Below are positions 37,357 to 48,042 of a DNA stretch of 63,962 bases, in pieces. Source of the stretch: Octopus sinensis (Eukaryota); assembly GCF_006345805.1 (NCBI RefSeq), contig NC_043016.1, positions 28,582,039 through 28,646,000 of the forward strand, given 5' to 3'. Positions within the stretch are counted from its first letter, which is position 1; each line of letters begins with the position of its first letter. Under the pieces are notes generated by a model. That model ran no database searches, had not been told where the DNA came from, and saw only the letters and a list, made by a program, of their open reading frames with translations. The position numbers and the translations under genes are program-made.

Positions 37357-39834
37357 CGTCATTATTATTATCATCATCATCATCATCATCATCATCAAGG
37401 CAATGAGCTAGCAGAAACATTATCGTGCCAGGCAAAATGCTTAGCGGTATTTCGTCTGTCATACTGAGTTCAAATTCTGCCGAGGTTGATTTTGCCTCTC
37501 ATCCTTTCGAAGTCGATAAAATAAGTACTAGTTGAGCATTCGAGTCAATATAATCGACTTGCCCCCTCCCCCAATATTACTGGCCTTGTGCCAAAATTTG
37601 AAAGCATCATCATCATCATTTGAAGCTAACTTGATCTGTTTTGTGATTTTCTTTTCTTAATCAGGGGGAAAGGTAATTTCTACAAACTTGGTCATGGTTC
37701 AGAGGAGAATGTTCGTTACCCTAAACCAATTGAAGGCCTGACTGGCAACGTTGTGATAGATATTGCTGTCAGTTCAGTGCGTTGTTTAGCCTTAACAGAT
37801 GAATCCAAAGTCTATGGTTGGGGAAGAAGTGAATGTTTGCAGGCTGGAGAATCTTTCATCACTCTCACTGAACCTACGATTATCCAAGCTTTTGAAGGAA
37901 AGAAAATCGTTAGCATTGCTTGCAATCAAACTCAAGTATGTCTTCTTTCTTTTTCACTTATTCTCTGTGTACAACTTGTTGTTAGATAAACCTTAAATGT
38001 TATGCACTTGTATGTGGTTGCGGTTTATATTTAAAAGTATAAATGTCTATGCACTACTCAACATCCTACATTATAAATTCTGAGACCCCCCTTCGGTCAC
38101 GACACAGACCATGGGATTGCACCTAGAAGCCTTGCCCTCCCAGGCCCAAGTCCAGGCAAGGTTGTTTATGGAAGACCAGCAGTCGCCCATGCATACCAAC
38201 CTCCCCTCTCCGTGCCACCAGTGTTATCCAAGGGAAAGGCAAAAGCCGATGCAGCTTGGCACCTGTGACTTTGCAACTCATTTCTACAGCTGAGTGAACT
38301 GGAGCAATGTGAAATAAAGTGTCTTGCTCAAGAACACAACGCACAGCTCGGTCCAGAATTCGAGCTAACAACCTCATGATCGTAAGCTTGACGCTCTAAA
38401 CCACTGAGCCATGCGCCTTCGCATAAATTAATGTGTAGGTATTTCAGTGGATCATGCAAATGAAATACTCATCAGCCAATAAGTGGTGCACAATGTTTTT
38501 GCCTGTCTGTCATGTAAATTGTTACAGCTGTAAAATATTATACTCTTTTTTACTTGTTTCAGTCATTTGACTGTTGCCATGCTGGAGCACTGCCTTTAGT
38601 CGAGCAAATCGACCCCAGGACTTATTCTTTGTATGCCTAGTACTTATTCTATCTGCCTCTTTTGCCGAACCGTTAAGTTACGGGGATGTAAACACACCCA
38701 CATCGGTTGTCAAGCGATGTTGGGGGGACAAACACACACACATATACGACGGGCTTCTTTCAGTTTCCATCTACCAAACCCACTCACAATGCTTTGGTTG
38801 GCCCAAGGCTATAGTAGAAGACACTTGCCCAAGGTGCCACGCAGTGGGACTGATCCCGGAACCATGTGGTTTGTAAGCAAGCTACTTAGCACACAGCCAC
38901 TCGTACGCCTATGATAAACATTCCTGAAATTCTCAATCACTTATAGTGTATTTATTGATCTCCAGTGAAGGCACATATCTCAGTGGTTAGTATATTTGGC
39001 TAACAATCATAATGCAATGGGTTTGGTTCCCAGTAGTGCATTGTGTCCTTGAGCAAGACACTTTATTTCACTTTGTTCCAGTCCACTCAGCTGGCAAAAA
39101 TGAGTTGTGCCTGTAATTGCAAGGGCCACCTTGTCATATTCTGTGTTATGCTGAATCTCCCTAAAATCTATGTTGAAGTTATGTGTGTTCTGTAGAGTAT
39201 TCAGTCTCTTGCATGTTAATTTCACGAGCAGGATCTTCCCTTGATCGAATCAACTGGAACTCTTGTTATAACTGACAGTGCCCAACCATTGTTCTATAGT
39301 ATTGATTATCCACTGATTTTTATGTCTTTCATGTACCATAAAATTTGAGGGGCAAACTAGAATATATTTCTGACAATATTTTGAATAAGCTCTTTTTTGA
39401 AAACAGATGTAATCTTTTACATCATCTCCAAGGATCAGGTTTGGAACCACAGCAAAAAATATTTTTATAAATAGTGAAGGACAAAGAACAACTCTGCAGG
39501 AGTTTGAAGTGAATTTTAGAATTATACTGTATAGATTTAGCAGTTTGGTAAATATAGTAAATTTGTTCATATTGAAAGAATTCATTTATTAAATGATTTC
39601 CATTTTCTATGGAAATATTGTCACCATCAGTTTATCATGATGAAGCTGATAATGATATTATCATGGACATATAGATGCAGGTTTGTCTGTGTAGTAAGTA
39701 GGTTGCTCCCCAACCACATAGTTCTGGGTTCAGTCCCACTGCATGGCACCTTGAGCAAGTGTCTTCTACTATAGCCTTGAGCCGACCAAAGCTTTGTGGG
39801 TGGATTCAGTGGGCAGAAACTGAAAAAAGTTCAT

Positions 39835-39867
<33 letters not shown>

Positions 39868-42800
39868 ATATATACTAGCAATGACTAGTGACTGAGATCT
39901 TTGGTGATGTGCTGTGCTTGAGAGGACCCGTCAAGCCAAGTGCACCCATGCTTTCGAGCGAGTGTTGGGCCTCACAGAGGCAAAGTGGCTGAGTTCCTTT
40001 CGCGTATTGGGCCTCACGGAGGCAAAGACTGAGACCTTTGGCATTATGTCGTGCTTGAGAAGAAGACCCATCAATCCAAGCAAAATCACAGTGTCATGGT
40101 GTCATACAAATTGGCACCCGTGTCGGTGGCATGTAAAAGCACCCTAGTGTCATACAGATGGCATGTAAAAGCACCCATTACACTCTCAGAGTGATTGGCA
40201 TTAGGAAGGGCATCCAGCTGTAGAAAGTCATGCCTAATCAGACTGGTGTCTGGTGCAGCCTTCTAGCATGCCAGCCTAGTCAAACTGTCCAACTTATACC
40301 AGCATGGACAACGGACATTAAATGATGATGATGATGATACACATATGTATATAAGTATGTATGTATGTATATCTTTGTCTGTGTTTGTCCCCCACCACCA
40401 TTTGACAATCGGTGTTGGTGCATTTTATATATATAGTTATATATATATTTGTGAAAGAAATATTACAGTTACATTATTAGCTTCAGATACAAACACCTAT
40501 TTAACAATTTTATATTTTTGGATTGACAAAAAAAAAAAAGCAATTGAATTTAATTTGTATTCTATACAATTGTCTTATTTTCTACAGAGTTTTGCCTGTT
40601 CAGCAACACCTCAATGGGTTGTTGGCATGAGATGCCGTTTGTGGTAGATGTCTGTAAATCGACTTTTGAACAAATCGATGAACTTTTATCACAAGTTTGT
40701 GAGGACATGGATGGGCGCAATGATTGGCCACCACCCCAAGAGAAGGAATGCATTGCAGTTTCTGCATTGAATTTACTGAATTTGCAGGTATGTTTATTGG
40801 TTTTGGTAACCTATTACCAGCAAGGAAAATAAATGTTAAATGATGATGATGTTGTTGATGATGATGTTTGTAGTTCATGAAAATGGAAGAAAATGAAATA
40901 ACAGAATGGGATGCATTGTTGTTGATCAGTTCACCTGGAAGACATTCCTGAAAGCTGGTATTTGTTGGCTGTTATCTATGTTGTGTGGAAGGCTGACTAA
41001 CAAATTTTAAGTGAAAAAAGATGAAAGATACCTTGACTGTTGCATAAATAATTAGCCACAAGTTTGCTGAAGCATGCTCAACGCCAATATATTCATGTTT
41101 TCAGTCAGATATTTTTAGTATCTACAATATTTAAGACTTAACCTATCAAGTCCAGCTTGCACCATATGAAGAATATAACATTGGAATCACTGGCGACCTC
41201 CATGGTAGCAAATTGTTAAAGGATGTTCTAATGATACTACCTTTATTTTAATATTTTTTGCCAAAGTAAGGTGGAGAGTTGGCAGAGTCGTTAGTATGCT
41301 GGGTGAAATGCTTAGCAGCATTTCATCTTCATATTCTGTGTTCAGATTCTGCTGAGGCCGACTTTGCCTTTCATCCTTTCAGGGTTGATAAATTAAGTTC
41401 TAGTTAAACACTGGGGTTGATGTAATTGACTTACCCACTCCCCTAAAATCGCTGGCCTTATGCCAAAAATTTGAAATCAATATTCTTTGCCAAAGTCAAA
41501 TGTCTTAAATAATTATTTTGTGTATTTCAGTTGCATACTGCTATATGTCAGAATGAGAATACAGAATGTCTTGGTTTACAACCTGGCAGCCCTGTTGTGA
41601 ACAGTCTCAAACAGCGGGTAGTTGTTTTGGCTAGTACATCTGGAATAATCAACAGTATACAGATGGCAGCACAAGATGCACTGCAGATAGGATGGTCCAT
41701 TTTGTTACCTACAGCTGACGAAAGAGCACGAGCTCTTTCCAATCTACTCTCAACCAAAAGTAAGTACATATTCCATCCCACCATCACATTTTATATGTTA
41801 TATTGTGTTTTTGTTATCTGAAGACATAGGCCAACTTGTGCAATTACAGTCACATATAAGCTTTTCTTTAGCCTGTGGTCAGAACCTTGCTCTTCTTGGC
41901 AGTTAACCTAAGATGAAAGTGTGGTAATCCTGTTACTTAAATTACTGAAAATCTTTTAAAAATTATCTTCTTTCCAACTTAAGGAATGAAATTCTATTGC
42001 AGTTTTGTTTTATTTAATTATTATTAGTAGTAGCATTTATTTTAAGTATGTATGTGCATATATGTGTATATGGATTGCAATGTAATAAACTAACCTTCTT
42101 TCCAAACTTCCAGCCTTGTGCTTATATCAGAAACAATTATTTTTACCAGCTGGCCCAAACTGTTTTTGTGCTACCAGTTGCCTCCTGCTCTCCTCTTACA
42201 ACCATTAGTCATACTTATTATCAGCCCTTCCTACATGATTCCTCACTGATCACTCCCTTTTATGCCATCAGTTATTTTTCCCTCTCTGCCACATTCGAAT
42301 TTTAATACCTCTCATATTTGTTGCTAACATCCTCCACTACCACTATTGTTTCCACACTCACTTTGGCTACTCATGTACCACTGACTTCTATCTTTGTATC
42401 TTTGTCGCTGTACATCACCTGGTACATCATTACCCCTACTTTTTCACCTATGTTCATTCCTGAACCACTTCTATCTTTCTCACCTCCCCTTCTCCATACT
42501 GGTATTTCCCATCAACAACACCTCTACCCTTGTTCATTGCTCACTAACTTCTCCTCTGCCCCTATCTCTAACCTTCTGTTAATCTCCTCTCACACTCTTA
42601 TGAAATTACTAACCTTCTCCTTCTCCACTTAACCCCTTCGTTACCAACCCGGCTGAAACCGGCTCTGGCTCTTTAGTACAAATGTCTTGTTTTCAAAAGT
42701 TCTGAATTAAATCCGTCTGCCAAACCTTAGTCACAATTTATGTTCCTAACACTAGCTCAATGATAACGATGTTATTTTTACTAAATTCTTTGTTATAGTT

Positions 42801-45800
42801 AAAGTAACTGGAAGAAATACAGAGCATCTCAAACTAAATACAGTAACGAAAGGGTTAATCCACTATCTCTAGCCTTTCTTATACTCACCTCCTTGTGCCC
42901 TGAGAGTTCATTCTGGCACCACATCACTACCATCTTTATCTTCTTCCCACCTACTCCCACTCACCCTTATATAATGTTGGGTAGCCATGTATCTCTTCTA
43001 TAGCAGGATGTCTCCACTTGTCCTTCTGTCATTCTTTAGCTTCTCAACAGCTAGCAATAGACCCCACTTTCCCTCATCTCAAATACACCCTCCTCCAACT
43101 CATTTGAGTGGAGGTTTTTTCCTTCTCTTACTTTGTCTTGCATGTTACTTGATGACCTTGTTATATTCGGTTTATCATTATCTATTTGAATTTGAAAATC
43201 CCATAAAATCTTGCATTTCTTTGACTCAAACACTCTTTCAGCTTGATTATCATACCAATTACATCCAGTTTCTCATTTCTGACAAAGATTACAGTGCAAA
43301 ACTTTTACAACTTGGTTTTATCTCCATTTTTTATATTCTCCCTGGGCCAACTAGGGAGTGTTTTGTGACAATGTGCGCCATTGTTTCATCCTAAGTCCCA
43401 CATATTCTTCATTTTGCTGACACCTCTCCATACACATATTTTCTCAAGTTGTTTGTTTCTAATACGTGATCTTGAGCTGCTATAATAAGGCTCTCTGTTT
43501 CTTTTTCAATTTCCCTTTTTTCAACCAAGCCCAGGTTTTTATTATTATTATTATTATTATTAAGTCAGGGAGCTGGCAGAATTGTTAGCATGCCAAGCGA
43601 AATGCTTAGCGGTATTTCGTCTGCCTCTACGTTCTGAATTCAAATTCCACCATGGTCAACTTTGCCTTTCATCCTTTCAGGGTTGATAAATTACGTACCA
43701 GTGAAACACTGGGGTCAAAATAATTAACTAATCCCCTCCCCCAAAATTTCAGACCTTGTGCCTACAGTAGAAAGGATTATTATTATTACTAAAGAAACAA
43801 TAAGAAACGTGTGACTGTTATCAAATGAACAATATTTCGACTCTTCATGTGTCTTCCACAAGTTCAAAATAATCATCTCAATCTACCTCATTTTGGTAAT
43901 ATTTAAGGATTGATGTTACTCCTCCAGAAGGTAAAGAAACAATAAAAAGAGTACATTCGATAACAGTCACACTCTTCTTATTGTTTCATTATCTTCTGGA
44001 GAAGTAACATCAATCCTTTATTATTATTATTGAGTGAGAGAATAATGCATGCCATCAAAGTGACACTGGGGTAAAATATACGAAGCCCAGTATACCCATC
44101 ATGACTACCTGTCTGATAAGGGTACTCTAGGTACATGCATCACAACCATATGTGCATGACATGGTGATCTCATATCAAGATAAACAGCACATGACCTTGC
44201 AGGTGGGGCTCAGTTAGAATTTTCTTCTGGTCAAGTAGCCCATCCCGCTCAAAAGGTCCTTGAATAAGGGTTGTTTAAGGATGTTGAACGAAACACCCAT
44301 GTTTCCAGAGGTGAATTTTTCAAACCCCAAAGAATCCCTCTCAACACATGGCTATGATGCTCCCCTCTATTCTGCTCATGATCAGAGATGCACATATCAT
44401 CAGCCACTAAGGGACATGCTTAACTGGTTAAGGTCAAACAACTGACAAGCAAATCTGTGTTATTGAGCAGAATATTTGCTGTAGCCCATCTTTTATACCA
44501 AGACAAAACAAAGTACATGATAATACTTCCAATCAGTTAAGATCAGAAGCCATGAGAGCCACTACCGGATACTGAATTAGGGCATTATTATTATTATTAA
44601 TGTTAATGTTAATGGAATGAATTGAGTAATGCTTTTAAATGCAAATAATTTCTTCATTTTATATATTTATCAGGCCGTGATGCAACAACCCAAAATGAAG
44701 GTCAGCGATTCATGACTGACCTTCTTGTAAATAGTCTAATGGCTGATGGTGGATTGGAAATTGCCCTTCAAGCAGCAGTGAAGAAGGAAGCTCAAGAAAT
44801 TGAGAAAAAGGTAATTTCAAAGATATTCCATCAGGAAACTCTATACAAATTATTTATTGTAATGATTGCTTGAAAGTGTGTGTGAGAGAGAGAGAGAGAG
44901 AGTGTGTGTGTGTGTATGAGAGAGAGAGAGTGTTGGTGTTGCAAGATTGTGGTTTTGATTTCCTGACTGGATGCTCTGCTCAGGGAGAATTTTGTGATCT
45001 TGGTCACTTATATACTGTGGAAACTGAATAACTGGTTGTATGAATCCTAGAACTTGAGATAGTAATCTGTGTGTGTGTGTGTGAGACACAACTTCCATTT
45101 TCCTGTTCATTGAAATCAGTAGTGTTGGTTTGACTATTGGTGGATTACCCATAACTTGGAAGATTCACTTAGCCAGCTGTATTTATTCATTTGTGTACAA
45201 AATAATCTTGAAACATTATTTCTGCTACTGTCACCACCCACCATTACTACTACTTCTACTATTACTGCCACCACTACCATTCCTATTGAAGTAGTCTGCA
45301 GTTTTAAATGGTATTAGGACAAAATCTCCCCTGGACAAAATCCCCCCAGCAGTCAATATTCTCCAGATTATTGTTCTTTCTTTACAATAGAAATATTCTA
45401 GGTAAGTGAAATTTCATAAAGAAATTTTTAAATATTTATATTGTTGATATTTTTGTGTAAAATTTGTCCGGAGGTATTTTGTCCTCAGGGGTGATTTTCT
45501 TCTGATACCATTTTCTATGTCCAGAGACTGAATGCTATCCAGATCAACTGTATTATGTTACACCCCAGTTTTGTTAGACAGCTAAGTCATTTCTATCACT
45601 GCCTATCTTCACCAATGTGAAGTGGGTGATGAAGCTTGAAAACCCTTCATTTAGTAACCTTTGTCAAACAAATCAAGCAAGATTTGAGCAAGCATTACCA
45701 TTGTACTGTTTGTTCAGACCTTAAGACGAATATATATGATCCAGAAATATCAGGATACTGCTGGCCTATATATCTGTCACTTTAGTAAACTACGAGTTGT

Positions 45801-48008
45801 ATTATTTGGTCTGGTTGTGTGCTGCATATAAAACTAGTTAATGACATTTAGTTTTAATAAGTCATTTATTTCTATGTTGATGTTACAAAGGTTACTTGCT
45901 GAAGGCTCTTATGCTGAATGTCAGCAGCTTGTGTGTGAGAGGAGAAAATGTTATGTTTTGACAAGAGGGGAGGATGTTATGCCTGGTGAGAGGAGTTCTT
46001 TCAATGCAAGGTCAGAGTGGGTTGACCAAGAAAACTTCTGTTGTCCTCTCTGAGTTCTCTTGAATCCTCTTCCTTTGGTCTCATGTGTATCATTTATGAC
46101 CATATTTTGGCAGGAGGAAATTGTGTGCAAATTTCCGTTTGAATCATGCAGTCATACAAATGCACCTGAAATATGATTGGCTGAAACGTAGGCTAAGATC
46201 ACCTGATATGCCATGGCTGTCATGTGTTATGGGGCTGACATGATTTCAGATGATAAGTATCACTACAAGTCTGTTGCACTATGGTTATGTTGGGTATTAT
46301 GGCACTATGGTAACACTTTTCTTTTCCTCAGCATTTATATTGTGTTAGGCTGGTCCTACTTGTTTTTGTTGATGCAAAAAAAAAAGATGCTGTTCCTATT
46401 TATTGGTCTCTTAGAATAAATAGATAAATTTCTCTGTACAGGAAAAGATTTCTGAAGAAGATCTGGAGAGGGAAGTAGAAGCAAAGAAAGTTGGAGAGGC
46501 AACAAATGCCTTAAAGACAGAACGTGCTGTTTTGGAAGCACAAGCTCAACAGTGGCAAGATGAAGGCGCTACAGGAATCCCCTTATTGCAGCTTATCCAA
46601 CAGTTGCTCAAGTAAGAATTGTCTTAAATAAAGTTATTTATTTTCATCAATAATGAAAGAATGATGTCGCCAGAATAAAGAACCAAATGATGCAAATAAA
46701 TAAAAGATGCCTCTATTGATTTCCTTGACTTACTAGAAATAATTATCAAATCTCCTCAAATCATATCCTTATTCTAGGGGCTTGTCCTAGTGGAAGTATT
46801 CCTCAAAATCTCTCTCAGATGACCACCCCATCCTTTATAACAGCTGCAGTTTCAGATAATATCTTCTCTTTCATGATGACATGAACCTTTTTTGATACCA
46901 ATCCACTTGAGATCACCTTTGGTTTTATGATAAAAGTTCCTACAGTTCTATATTTAAGAGATGAGGAATTATGTACATTATTTACATTCAACGGATATTT
47001 GTCCTCATCTTGTTTGTGTTAACAACAAACAAGATGAGGATAAATATCCGTTGAATGTAAATAATGTATAAAAGTTCCTGTTTTAAAGTGATCAAGAAAA
47101 ACCTTCCATCAAATGTTCATGTTAATTTATGCTCCAAATACCAGGTTAATAATAACAAAGTTATTTTACTAAATTCTGCATTATCTTCAAAATTAATTGA
47201 AACAAAGTTTGTGTATTTCAATAGAAATATGGTAACAAAAGACTTAAGTGGGTAGAATCAGCAGAGTATCGCTTAAAGGATATTTTTAATATGCTAAATT
47301 TCTCTTGTACTTGTTATTTTTCATTGTCAAAACTTATTTAGCTTCATTAAAATTAATTATATTGTTTATTCCAGAAATTTCACTTCTCAGACTCATTCAA
47401 TGCTCCAACGCATAGCAGAAGAAACTATCTCCAAATACGACTATGTTGAAGTGCCTGACAACTCCACTCCATTGAAGTTGTTACTTCAGTTCCAAAGACT
47501 TCTAGTCAGCAAATTGTTCCCTTTTGAAGAAAAATATGGTAAAGCAACTTCTCCAGAAATAGGTATACTTACGTATTTGTATGCATCTTATGCACAAATG
47601 TGTACATACATAAATATAGTACATAAACAGTATATTATGTCCACATGTGCCAAATAGAGTGAGTGTACAGTAATAATGTCTACATGACAGATGCAGAAAG
47701 TTGACACTGTCCACATGTGTCTGCTACAGTAAGAGGACACTTAATTATGTCTACATTTGTCTAATACAGTATGTAGACATTAATAATTCTTTTACTCTTT
47801 TACTTGTTTCTGTCATTTGGCTGTGGCCATGCTGGAGTACCACCTTTAGTTGAGCAAATCAAACCCAGGACTTATTCTTTGTAAACCTAGTACTTGTTCT
47901 ATTGGTCTCTTTTGCCGAACCGCTAAGTTACGGGGACATAAACACACCAGCATTGATGTCAAACGATATTGGGGGAACAAACACAGAACACAAACATATT
48001 CATACATA

Positions 48009-48042
<34 letters not shown>

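Noticed and set aside
40588-40631. Rescue of the frameshift by a GAG acceptor (exon starting 40590, [14 protein letters not shown])
   Set aside because: GAG acceptors are rare, and homology (SFA.S....W..G.R) favours the 40588 frame; kept only as a testable alternative.
45600-46260. Penelope GIY-YIG remnant (VVY...YIGQ) and a hammerhead-like ctga...gaaacgt
   Set aside because: Motifs too short and interrupted; no intact catalytic core or stems.
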